From: Desulfobacterales bacterium
Lineage (GTDB): Bacteria > Desulfobacterota > Desulfobacteria > Desulfobacterales > UBA5852
DNA: 64,000 nt
Reading direction: 5' to 3'
NCBI GenBank assembly: GCA_963674755.2
Contig: CAXXVS010000003.1
Coordinates: forward strand, 2,496,001 to 2,560,000
In this document: positions 50,050 through 59,130 of the stretch, one piece after another
How the letters are laid out: every line of letters starts with the position of its first letter
Numbering within the stretch: position 1 is the first letter of the stretch
Program-made: the position numbers and the translations under genes
Notes under the pieces: model-generated
What the model was told of the DNA's origin: nothing
Seen by the model: the letters and a program-made list of their open reading frames with translations, nothing else
The model's database searches: none

Positions 50050-51663
50050 TCAGTTGCGGGTCTCAGCGTTCAGGGCCGTGAAGATAGGCTTGTTGCGTTT
50101 AAAAAGCCGCCGGTACTGGCGATAGAGCTTATCGTACAATGTTTGGTGGTCGGGGTTCGGTTCGAAGACCTGTTTGATCGCCACCCGCCGGGGGATGTCC
50201 TCCAGGGTGAGATGTCCCAAAGCCGACAGCGCCAGAAAGGCGGTCCCCCGGACGGTGGCATTGACCGGGTCGGCCACCTGGAGGATCGGCACCTGCAGGA
50301 CGTCGGCGTGGATCTGACACCAGAGGTCCGACAGGGCGCCGCCGCCGGACAGGCGGAAACGGGGGATGGGGCGTCCGATGAATTTTTCTGCGGGACGGCG
50401 CGTCCAGCGGTTGTTGTAGGCCAGGGCTTCCATGACGGCCCGGGCCATGTGCCGGCGGGTGGTGTTGAAGGACAGGTTCATGAAACCGCCCCGGACCTGC
50501 GGGGCTTCGCTGGGCACGATGGCCCCGTTCAGCCAGGGCAGAAAAATGACCCCGCCGCTGCCGGCCGGCGCCCGGGCGGACATGGCGTTGAAGCGGTGAT
50601 AGGCGTCGTCGGGTATGGGGTCGGTCTGGAAATCGTCCTCCGGGTAGACCATCTGCCGCAGAAAGAAGTCCACGCACTTGCCGCCGGCCCCCTGTTCCCC
50701 CAGAAGATAATAGCGGTCAGGCAGCGGGCTGGGCAGCGATGTCATGAAATGGGTCAGGTCCGTTTTCTTGAAAGGCAGGTGGCAGGTCATATACAGGGAT
50801 GAGCCGATGGAGATGATGCTCTCGAAGTCTTCCACCGCCCCCGAGCCGATCAGGGTGGCGTTGGAGTCGGCGATTCCGGCCACCACCGGTGTCGCAGGGT
50901 GCAGCCCGAGATCGTGCGCCACGCCGGCCTCCATGGGACCCACCACCCCGTCGTTGGCAATGAGGGCCGGAAACTTATCTTTTACCAGACCGGCCCGCCG
51001 CAGCAGGTCGTCGCTGTAGACGGTGCCGCCCCAGCGGCGGTTGTCCGTCAGGGCGAAGGGGGCCATGGTTTTCTGGGTGGCCGTGATGCGGCCCGTCAGG
51101 CGGCTGGTGATAAAATCCATGGGTTCCAGAAAGGCCCGGGTGCGAGCATAGATCTCGGGATGGGCATGCTTGATGAAGAGGACATGGCCCAGGGAGTCCA
51201 CGCCGGACAGGGTGGGCACCAGGCCGGTCAGCCGGATCCAGCGCAGCAGGTTGAACAGCCCGTATCCGGCAACCCGGGGAAAGCCCCGCATGAGCGCACG
51301 GTTGTGAACGCCGCCGCGGGTGTCCATCCAGTGGATGGCCCGCATCAGGGGGACACCCCGGTCATCCACCGGCACCACCACCGACCACTGGGAATCGCAG
51401 GCCACGGCCGCAATGGCCCCGGGGGCGAGTCCGGAGCGGGTCATCACTTCCCGGATGGTGCGACGGGTGCCTTCCCACCATTCCCGGGGATCCTGCTCGG
51501 CTCCGCCGCCGGGCAGGAGGTGGGTGCTGACCGGCGCTTCCGCGCTCGCCACCACCGCCCCGCTGTCGGCTACGATGGCGGTTTTAAGGGTGCTGCTGCC
51601 CAGGTCGATGGCCAGGACGTAATGGCGATGCCCCTTGCCGGGCGTATCGGGTGCGCTCTTCAT
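50050..51663 (-). CDS. FGGY-family carbohydrate kinase (xylulokinase-like)
   Basis: LAIDLGSSTLK, AEQDP..WW, WMDTR, FLPWLNG, SGGGA..LWCQIHADV. Confidence 0.9.
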   Translation of the reverse strand: MKSAPDTPGKGHRHYVLAIDLGSSTLKTAIVADSGAVVASAEAPVSTHLLPGGGAEQDPREWWEGTRRTIREVMTRSGLAPGAIAAVACDSQWSVVVPVDDRGVPLMRAIHWMDTRGGVHNRALMRGFPRVAGYGLFNLLRWIRLTGLVPTLSGVDSLGHVLFIKHAHPEIYARTRAFLEPMDFITSRLTGRITATQKTMAPFALTDNRRWGGTVYSDDLLRRAGLVKDKFPALIANDGVVGPMEAGVAHDLGLHPATPVVAGIADSNATLIGSGAVEDFESIISIGSSLYMTCHLPFKKTDLTHFMTSLPSPLPDRYYLLGEQGAGGKCVDFFLRQMVYPEDDFQTDPIPDDAYHRFNAMSARAPAGSGGVIFLPWLNGAIVPSEAPQVRGGFMNLSFNTTRRHMARAVMEALAYNNRWTRRPAEKFIGRPIPRFRLSGGGALSDLWCQIHADVLQVPILQVADPVNATVRGTAFLALSALGHLTLEDIPRRVAIKQVFEPNPDHQTLYDKLYRQYRRLFKRNKPIFTALNAETRN

Positions 51664-51914
51664 CCCGCGTGAAGTTTCCTTGGGGTGTGTGCCGGTTCCA
51701 CGTCAAAGGTCACCGGATTTTCAATCCATATGGGGTATATTGTCAATGAAATAGAGGAGATTTCTGCTGCCGCTGCCCTATTCGGCAGGCAGCGCCCATG
51801 GAAAAGGCCCCCCGGTTGTGCTATTGCCACCCCGTCAACGATGACCCCGGAGACCCGTCGGCGTTTACCCCATCCAGGGGAGCCGCACGGACGGGAATGA
51901 TCAGCGAGGATCCC

Positions 51915-52742
51915 ATGGCCAAGATGAACAATTTAATGGAGCTTTTTCGACTGCTTGACAAATCCAACTGCCGCAAGTGCAACGAGAAGACCTGTCTGGC
52001 CTTTGCGGCGGCCGTTTTCCAGGGCCGCAAGGACATCACGGAATGCCCCAAACTCACGCCGGAGATTATCACCCGGTTTTCCGATTCGCCCATATCAGGA
52101 CGCACAGCGACCATCGAAGAAAACCGGGACGAATACCTGGCGACCCTGAAGCAGCAAATCGGCGGTATCGATCTGGCCGAGGCGGTCGCGCGCACCGGCG
52201 GCCGACTCAACGGGGACCGGCTGACCCTCAAAATCATGGGCAAGGATTTCAGCGTGGACCGGCAGGGCAACCTCTATGCCGATATCCACGTCAACCCCTG
52301 GGTGGCCATGCCGTTTCTCGATTACGTGCTGCATGGCGAGGGGGTGAGCCCCACCGGCAATTGGGTGTCCCTGCGGGAACTCAGGGAGGGCGGCGAGCGC
52401 TATCCGCTGTTCCAGAAGCGCTGCGAGGAGGCCATGAAACGGGTGGCCGACACCTATCCGGAGCTCTTCGACGACCTGGTGCATATTTTCAGCGGCCGGC
52501 AGGTGGCCGAACAGTTCGCCGCGGACATATCGGTGGTTCTGGACCCGCTGCCCAAGGTGCCCGTCATGATCTGCTACTGGCGGCCGGAAGACGGGCTGGC
52601 CTCCACCCTGAACGTCTTCTTCGACGAGACCGCCGACCGCAACCTGGATACCGGATCGCTTTTTTCCCTGGGAGCGGGGCTGACCACCATGTTCGAGAAG
52701 CTGGCCCTGCGGCACGGCTTCAGTGAATTGGCATCTTCTTGA
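51915..52742 (+). CDS. DUF3786 protein with an N-terminal Fe-S domain
   Basis: LDKSNCRKCNEKTCLAFA...CP Fe-S motif, WVSLREL and LPKVPVMICYW. Confidence 0.8.
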   Translation: MAKMNNLMELFRLLDKSNCRKCNEKTCLAFAAAVFQGRKDITECPKLTPEIITRFSDSPISGRTATIEENRDEYLATLKQQIGGIDLAEAVARTGGRLNGDRLTLKIMGKDFSVDRQGNLYADIHVNPWVAMPFLDYVLHGEGVSPTGNWVSLRELREGGERYPLFQKRCEEAMKRVADTYPELFDDLVHIFSGRQVAEQFAADISVVLDPLPKVPVMICYWRPEDGLASTLNVFFDETADRNLDTGSLFSLGAGLTTMFEKLALRHGFSELASS

Positions 52743-54144
52743 AATCCTCTTTGCGCAACCCCAGCCGCCGCATCTTGTTGTAGAGCCCCCGGGGATGGAT
52801 CCCGGCGATGCGGGCGGCGGCGTTGATCTTACCCCTTGTCCTGGCCAGCGCCTGTTCCAGATAAAGCCGCTCCACCCGGTCCATGACCTCCTGCTGGACC
52901 TCCGGCAGGGTTTTCTCCAACAGGTCTTCACCTGGCAGGGCGCCTCCCGGCAGCATGCCGTCCGTCCTCCCCGTGACGCGGAAGACGTCGGGCAGTTCGT
53001 CCAGATCGATTTCATGGCGGCGGGCCAACAGCATGGCCCGTTCGATGACGTTCATCAATTCCCGCACGTTGCCTGGCCAGCCGTAACCGCACAGGGCCTC
53101 GAGGGCTTCCTCGGAGAAGCCGTCGATTTCCCGGCCGATCTTGTAGCGGAACATGGTGGTGAAGCGTCGCACCATGGCTGGAATGTCTTCCCGGCGATGG
53201 CGCAGGGGGGGGATGGTGAGCATCAGCACGCTCAGGCGGTAGAAGAGATCCTGGCGAAACCCTCCCTGGGCCACGGCCTCCTCCAGGTTGCGATTGGTGG
53301 CGGCGATCACGCGCACATCCAGCTCGATGGGATTTTCTCCCCCCAGGGGCTTGACTTCGTAGTCCTGCAGGACTCGCAGTAACTTGGTTTGCAGGTGCAG
53401 GGGCATCTCGCCGATTTCATCCAGGAAAATGGTGCCGCCGTGGGCCAGTTCAAAGGCGCCCCGCCGGTAGCGGACCGCCCCGGTAAAGGCCCCCTGTTCG
53501 TGGCCGAAGAGTTCACTTTCGAGCAGGTTCTCCGGCATGGCGGCCATGTTGATGGAAATGAAGGGACCCACCGAGCGCGGGCTCTGGGCATGGATGGCCT
53601 TGGCCAGATGCTCCTTGCCCACCCCGGTTTCCCCTGTAAGCAGAATCGGGGAGTCGCTGGGCACCATCTGGTTGACTTCCTCCATGAAGACCTGCATGGC
53701 CCGGCTTTCCATGACGAAATCCGAGAGCTTGGGCTCCACCACGCCCCGGCGGTCGAAGCGCTTGCGCTGGATGAACTGGCGGCGGGATTCGAGGGCCGAT
53801 TCGATAGCCTCGTAAATACTGGTCTTGGACAGCCCCGTGTAGAGCACCACGTCGGCCCCGGCTGCGGCCAGCTGAGCGTGCTCCTCCAGCGATTCACTGT
53901 TGTGAATAATGACCGTGGTAGGGTTTTCGGGCAGTTCATTGAGAATGGCGATGCCGTTGTCCACCGGGCGAAGGACAAAGCTCTCGCTGATAACAATGAC
54001 GTCGAAGCCCTGCCGCAGGGCATTCTGCCATACGGAGCGCGGCGGGCCGAAGGCCTCCACCCGGACATCGGTGTCCATCAGTTTTTTGGCCAGGTATTGT
54101 TGCAGGCGGCTGTCTTTGATGGCCAACCCCACGCGAATCAGCAT
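52720..54144 (-). CDS. sigma54-dependent enhancer-binding protein (NtrC family) with an atypical receiver-like domain
   Basis: [36 protein letters not shown] and C-terminal Fis-type HTH. Confidence 0.93.
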   Translation of the reverse strand: MLIRVGLAIKDSRLQQYLAKKLMDTDVRVEAFGPPRSVWQNALRQGFDVIVISESFVLRPVDNGIAILNELPENPTTVIIHNSESLEEHAQLAAAGADVVLYTGLSKTSIYEAIESALESRRQFIQRKRFDRRGVVEPKLSDFVMESRAMQVFMEEVNQMVPSDSPILLTGETGVGKEHLAKAIHAQSPRSVGPFISINMAAMPENLLESELFGHEQGAFTGAVRYRRGAFELAHGGTIFLDEIGEMPLHLQTKLLRVLQDYEVKPLGGENPIELDVRVIAATNRNLEEAVAQGGFRQDLFYRLSVLMLTIPPLRHRREDIPAMVRRFTTMFRYKIGREIDGFSEEALEALCGYGWPGNVRELMNVIERAMLLARRHEIDLDELPDVFRVTGRTDGMLPGGALPGEDLLEKTLPEVQQEVMDRVERLYLEQALARTRGKINAAARIAGIHPRGLYNKMRRLGLRKEDFKKMPIH

Positions 54145-54166
54145 GGCAAAGGCTCCCTATATCGGC

Positions 54167-54214
54167 ATGAACGTGCTGATTATGATGCGGTATCGTTATT
54201 AGCATGTGGTTCAT
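54167..54214. promoter_or_regulatory. Long imperfect palindrome, candidate activator binding site (UAS)
   Basis: ATGAAC-GTGCTGAT...ATTAGCAT-GTG-GTTCAT at the edge of the AT-rich spacer. Confidence 0.4.
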
Positions 54215-54500
54215 AAAATAGCAAAAAAATACCGAAATAGGTTTTAAACCGTCGCTTCAAAAATATTTATAAAACAATATAATAAACTGAAAATACATTA
54301 AATAAAATTTAATAAGGTGCGCTATCCCGGATCAACCGAAGCGATGATTCAGCGGAACCCATAAAAAAGGAATTTTTATGCTTAAAAACAGCAATATCGG
54401 AATACGAATACCTAAATAAAGGTCGGGCGAACGAATTTAAGGTGTCTTCAAAACATAGAAAATATAAATATATCAACAGGATATAATTGATTGGGCGCAA

Positions 54501-54516
54501 TGGCACGCCTTATGCT
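54501..54516 (+). promoter_or_regulatory. sigma54 -24/-12 promoter
   Basis: TGGCACG-CCTT-ATGCT, with GG at 54502-3 and GC at 54514-5 in canonical spacing. Preceded by about 280 bp of very AT-rich DNA. Confidence 0.85.
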
Positions 54517-54579
54517 TTAGATGGCGCGTTTCAAGGCCGAAAGGCGGCCTTTCACCCCATCCCAGGAGAAACAGAAGCA

Positions 54580-54771
54580 ATGAAGTGGCAGGAATACGAT
54601 GGCGTTTATGGCGACGGCGATGATGTCCCGTCCCGGCGCTCCCGACGGACCAAGTTCAGGGAATTCGAAAATTACGCCCATGCGGCCGCTGGCCGGATCA
54701 AACGATCCGGCAAAAGGTCCCATCGGCCAAAAAACGTTAAAGATGATGACTGGGCCGGCTACGACCGTTAG
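54580..54771 (+). CDS. 63-aa highly charged peptide; candidate precursor/substrate
   Basis: AGGAG RBS. First ORF after the sigma54 promoter. MKWQEYDGVYGDGDDVPSRRSRRTKFREFENYAHAAAGRIKRSGKRSHRPKNVKDDDWAGYDR. Confidence 0.7.
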   Translation: MKWQEYDGVYGDGDDVPSRRSRRTKFREFENYAHAAAGRIKRSGKRSHRPKNVKDDDWAGYDR

Positions 54772-54822
54772 AAACGGGCCCGGCCGCGATGACAGGCGAT
54801 TCATGCCTCAGGAGAATGCTTC

Positions 54823-55797
54823 ATGCTCGATGTCCGCGTATGCAATGATACAAGTGAAGTCCATCGGCTCTGGCAGCATCATTGGTCCCCCAAATGTCTG
54901 TTTGACCTTTGGCCGGTGAGGGCCTGCTTCCAGCGGCATTTCCAGAACACCCCCCATGTCCTCGTGGCCGAGCGGCACGGCGTCTTTCGGGGCCTGCTGG
55001 CTTTGAGCTGGATCGAAGAGGAGCAGTATTTCGGCCACTTCCCCGGAGAATTGTGGCATGGCAGGACCTGGCTGGAGCAAAACCGCGTTCTGGCCGAAGA
55101 TCAGGCCACCTTCGAAGCCCTGTGGGAAGCTGTGCCCGTCAATACCGAGATGCGCTATCTGCATTCGGACAGCATGCCCGCAGGCGCACCGGTAGACCTG
55201 GATGAAATCGGCTACCTTTTCCGTCCGCCCCAGTACCACTACGATTTCAACGCTTACCTGGCCGAATTTTCCGGCAAGACCCGCAAAAAAATGCGTTGCG
55301 AAATCGATCGTCTGCATACCAAGGGGGTTTCCTTCCGCTACAACCGCCTGGCGGATGTGGACCGCCTCTTCCGGCTCAACATGGAAGCCTTCGGGAAGAA
55401 CTCCTATTTCAGCGACGGGCGCTTTCTAAGCGCTTTTGAAGATCTGGTGGTCTGGCTCCACAGCCATAACCTGCTGCGCGTGACGACGGTGCTCGTGGGG
55501 GGCGAAATGGCGGCGGTGGATATCGGGGCCGTCTGGAACGGCATGTATACGGTGGTGGCCGGCGGGGCCTGCAGCGATTTCCCCGGGGTGGCCAAATTGA
55601 TCAATTTCCACCACCTGGCCTGGGCCTGCGAGCGGAAGCTGCGGGAAGTGGATTTCCTGTGTGGGGAGTTCAACTGGAAAAATCGGTTTCATCTGGCGCC
55701 CCGTCCCCTCTACCAGATGGTGAAACAGGTTCCGGTCGAAGCGGCCTGTGCGTACCTGCCCGCACCGGCCACGGAGTTGATTTGTGCCGCCGGGTGA
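54823..55797 (+). CDS. GNAT-fold acyl/aminoacyl transferase (Acetyltransf_6, CelD/FemAB-like)
   Basis: YLAEFSGKTRKKMRCEIDRL helix, GGEMAAVD, FPGVAKLI and EVDFLCGEFNWKNRF tail. AGGAG RBS. Confidence 0.75.
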   Translation: MLDVRVCNDTSEVHRLWQHHWSPKCLFDLWPVRACFQRHFQNTPHVLVAERHGVFRGLLALSWIEEEQYFGHFPGELWHGRTWLEQNRVLAEDQATFEALWEAVPVNTEMRYLHSDSMPAGAPVDLDEIGYLFRPPQYHYDFNAYLAEFSGKTRKKMRCEIDRLHTKGVSFRYNRLADVDRLFRLNMEAFGKNSYFSDGRFLSAFEDLVVWLHSHNLLRVTTVLVGGEMAAVDIGAVWNGMYTVVAGGACSDFPGVAKLINFHHLAWACERKLREVDFLCGEFNWKNRFHLAPRPLYQMVKQVPVEAACAYLPAPATELICAAG

Positions 55798-57055
55798 CGA
55801 TCGACGGGTCCTGGTGGTCGGCACAACGCCCGATTATATCGACGATATTCGCAGCCGCGGTGCCGGGCAGGCGCTCTTCCTGACCGATCCCGCGCTGCGG
55901 CGGGACGCCCGGGAGCCGATGCCGGAACCCAAGGAAGAAATCGTCTGTGATCTGAGCGAGATGGAAGAGGTGGTACGCCAACTGGCGGACCACCTGGAGC
56001 GCTGGAAGATCGGGCTGACCGGTGTGGCCTGCTTCGATGACGAATCCATGGCCCTGGCTGCCCGTCTGGCCCGGGACTACGGATTGCCTTACCCCAGCAT
56101 GGAAGCCGTGGCCAACTGCCGTGACAAGTATCGCTCCAAAATACTTTGGGCCGCCCAGGGCCTGAGCACCCCGGCGGTCTGCAAGGTCGCCTCGCCCGAA
56201 GCGGCGGCGGCCTTCTGGCGGACGGCCGGTGGTCCGGTGGTGTTGAAACCCATCGGCGGCAGCGGCAGCGAACTCATGTTCCGCTGCGCCGGCGAAGCGG
56301 ATTGCATGCGCCACTTTCGCACCATTGCCGAGGGTTTGGCGCAACGGCAGGACAACCGGCTCTATCAGTCTTGCGCCGCCGGCGGTGCCGGGATTCTGGC
56401 CGAGGCCCTGATCGCCGGGGAGGAATACAGCTGCGATTTCCTGCTTGAAAACGGCCGGGCCATCGTGCTGCGCCTGACCCGCAAGGTGCGTTTCGAGGAG
56501 GAGCCCTTTGGAACGGCCAAGGCCTACAGCCTGCCGGAAGACTGGCCTGAAGGGCTGAGGGACGGTGCGTTCGAGACAATCCTGCAGCGCAGCGCCCAGG
56601 CCTTAGGTATCGAGCGGGCCGTTGGCATGCTTGATTTCTTTATCCATGGCGGCCAGGTGGTGTTGCTGGAGATGGCGCCCCGGCCCGGGGGCGATTGCCT
56701 GCCTGCGCTGGTGCGCCGTTGCTGCCAATTGGATGTGCTGCAATTGGCGCTGGATTTTGCCTGCCAAAAACCCCTCGACCGGAAGCCGACGGCGTCCCAT
56801 GCGCCCATGGTGGGGCTGCGGCTGCACGCCCCGGTCGAGGGCACCCTGGCCGGCATCGACGACCGGGAACTGCGCCGGGATCCCCGGGTGCGGGAGATCC
56901 ACCTGACCCGCCGGCCCGGCCACATCATCAAACGACCGCCGGCCGACTACGATGCCTGGCTGCTGGGGCACGTCCTCTTTGTGCCCGATCCCGGCCGAGA
57001 CGTGGCCGCCCAGTGCCGGGAGCTTTGCGGTCGCCTGCGAATCGAGGTGTATTAG
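55784..57055 (+). CDS. ATP-grasp amide/peptide ligase (ATP-grasp_4, L-amino acid ligase-like)
   Basis: CRDKYRSK, PVVLKPIGGSGS, LAEALIAGEEYSCD and LLEMAPRPGG. Confidence 0.88.
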   Translation: MPPGDDRRVLVVGTTPDYIDDIRSRGAGQALFLTDPALRRDAREPMPEPKEEIVCDLSEMEEVVRQLADHLERWKIGLTGVACFDDESMALAARLARDYGLPYPSMEAVANCRDKYRSKILWAAQGLSTPAVCKVASPEAAAAFWRTAGGPVVLKPIGGSGSELMFRCAGEADCMRHFRTIAEGLAQRQDNRLYQSCAAGGAGILAEALIAGEEYSCDFLLENGRAIVLRLTRKVRFEEEPFGTAKAYSLPEDWPEGLRDGAFETILQRSAQALGIERAVGMLDFFIHGGQVVLLEMAPRPGGDCLPALVRRCCQLDVLQLALDFACQKPLDRKPTASHAPMVGLRLHAPVEGTLAGIDDRELRRDPRVREIHLTRRPGHIIKRPPADYDAWLLGHVLFVPDPGRDVAAQCRELCGRLRIEVY

Positions 57056-57058
57056 CCC

Positions 57059-58366
57059 ATGCCGGTCACCGATCCTTCCGCCTATTTGCCGGCGATCAAG
57101 GCCACGACTGAAGCCGCGCCGCCGCGCCTGTCGCCGGACCGGCTGCAGGACTTCATCCGTCCCTATTTCGACCGCCGGGAGGTCTATCTCAACCTTCTTG
57201 CAACCCACCCGCCGCCGTTGTATGTGCAGGAATCCGGGGTGCTGCGGGCCCGGGCGGCCCGCCTGCAGAAGGCGTTTGCCGGACGGCTGCCGGCGGTGGA
57301 CTTTTACTACGCCGTCAAGAGCAACAACCACCCCCATGTGGCCGGCGTCCTGATCGACGCGGGTTTCGGGCTGGATGTGTCCAGCGGTCTGGAGCTGGAA
57401 ATGGCGCTCGAACTGGGGGCGCGGGATATCGTCTTCAGCGGCCCGGGCAAAACCATGGATGAACTGCGCCTGGCCGTGGCGAACGCCGACCGGGTGACGG
57501 TCCTGATGGACAGCTTCGGCGAGCTGGCGCGTCTGGAGGCGTTGACCACGGCCGCGCAGGTCCCCCTACGCTGCGGGGTGCGGCTGACGGTGGACCCCCA
57601 GGGCGTGTGGCGCAAATTCGGCATAACCCTGGACCGGCTGCCCGCTTTCCTGGAAGCGGCCGGGGCCTGTCCGAACCTGAAGATGGCCGGGCTCCAGTTT
57701 CACACCAGCTGGAATATGGGCCCCGACCCGCAGATCCGGTTCATGACCGCCCTGGGGAAAACCCTGTCCGGGATGCCCCCGACCCTGCGGCGCCGGATCG
57801 AATTCGTCGATATCGGCGGCGGTTATTGGCCGGAAGACGGCGAGTGGCTCCAGGCGGCCGGCACGCCGCAAGGCAAACTGAACGACGCCCTGGGAAAGCC
57901 GCCCGGCCCCCTCGATGCCCATTACCATTGGCCGGCCGCCCCCATCGAGGTCTTTGCCGAAGCCCTGAGCGCGGCCGTCCATGAGCACCTGCTGCCGGTG
58001 GTGGACTGTCGGATCTGCCTGGAGCCCGGGCGCTGGATCTGCCACCCGGCCGTACAGCTGCTGCTCTCGGTGGTGGACAAGAAGGCCCCGGACCTGGTGA
58101 TCACGGACGCCGGGACCAATACGGTGGGCTGGGAGCGCTTCGAAACGGACTACTTTCCGGTGCTCAACCTCAGCCGCCCGTCACTCGTGGAGCGGCCCTG
58201 CTATGTCCTGGGCTCCCTTTGCACGCCCCACGACGTTTGGGGGTACGGTTATTTCGGCGCGGACATCCAGCCGGGGGATATCCTGATGATCCCGGCCCAG
58301 GGGGCCTATACCTATAGTTTGCGACAGACCTTCATCAAGCCGCTGCCCAGGGTCCATACGATTTGA
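57059..58366 (+). CDS. PLP-dependent fold-III decarboxylase (LysA/ODC/BtrK family)
   Basis: YAVKSN (PLP Lys), DVSSGLE, SGPGK, KFG, DIGGG, EPGR, GSLCTPHD and GAY. Confidence 0.9.
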   Translation: MPVTDPSAYLPAIKATTEAAPPRLSPDRLQDFIRPYFDRREVYLNLLATHPPPLYVQESGVLRARAARLQKAFAGRLPAVDFYYAVKSNNHPHVAGVLIDAGFGLDVSSGLELEMALELGARDIVFSGPGKTMDELRLAVANADRVTVLMDSFGELARLEALTTAAQVPLRCGVRLTVDPQGVWRKFGITLDRLPAFLEAAGACPNLKMAGLQFHTSWNMGPDPQIRFMTALGKTLSGMPPTLRRRIEFVDIGGGYWPEDGEWLQAAGTPQGKLNDALGKPPGPLDAHYHWPAAPIEVFAEALSAAVHEHLLPVVDCRICLEPGRWICHPAVQLLLSVVDKKAPDLVITDAGTNTVGWERFETDYFPVLNLSRPSLVERPCYVLGSLCTPHDVWGYGYFGADIQPGDILMIPAQGAYTYSLRQTFIKPLPRVHTI

Positions 58367-58407
58367 CGCAGGGCCGCGGAACGATCAACCGAATCAAACG
58401 TGAACCC

Positions 58408-59130
58408 ATGACGACGCTGCAATTCGATATCTGGCCCCAGCCCGACAACACCACCTGCGGCCCCACCTGCCTGCACGCGGTCTACCGTTATTACGACGAT
58501 ACCATCGCGCTTTCCCAGGTCATCGAGGCGGTGCCCACCATCGAGGGCGGGGGCACTTTGTCCGTCTATCTTGCGATGCACGCCCTGCAACGCGGGTATC
58601 GGACCACGATCATCCCCTACAACCTGCAGATCTTCGACCCCACCTGGGCCGGTCTGCCGCCGGCGGAGATCATTCTCCGGCTCCGACGCCAGGCCGACGT
58701 CAAAAAGGGCGTGCCGGGGTTCCAGCAGGTTTCGGAGGCCTATCTGGAATACCTCCGGCTCGGGGGGCGGCTGCATTTCGACGTGCTTACCGCCAGCCTG
58801 ATCCGCAGTTATCTCAAGCGTGGGATTCCCATCCTGACCGGCTTGAGCGCCACCTACCTCTATGACTGCTCCCGGGAATACGATGTGGGCGGCGAGGTGG
58901 TCTACGATGATGTGCGCGGGGCCTCCTGCGGCCATTTTGTCGTGCTGGCGGGATACAACCGCGAGGCGCGCCGGGCATTGGTGGCGGACCCTTTTTTGCC
59001 GAATCCTCTGGCGGACGGGCAGCACTATGCCGTGTCCCTGGATCGACTGGTGTGCGCCATCCTGCTCGGCATTCTGACTTACGACGGCGACCTGCTGATC
59101 ATCCAGCAGGAACGCCGGAAGAAACGATGA
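58408..59130 (+). CDS. Stand-alone C39-like (papain-fold) cysteine peptidase
   Basis: QPDNTTCGPTCL (Q...C), GHFVVLAGY (H) and LVADP (D). No signal peptide or ABC domain. Alternative TTG start at 58363. Confidence 0.82.
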   Translation: MTTLQFDIWPQPDNTTCGPTCLHAVYRYYDDTIALSQVIEAVPTIEGGGTLSVYLAMHALQRGYRTTIIPYNLQIFDPTWAGLPPAEIILRLRRQADVKKGVPGFQQVSEAYLEYLRLGGRLHFDVLTASLIRSYLKRGIPILTGLSATYLYDCSREYDVGGEVVYDDVRGASCGHFVVLAGYNREARRALVADPFLPNPLADGQHYAVSLDRLVCAILLGILTYDGDLLIIQQERRKKR

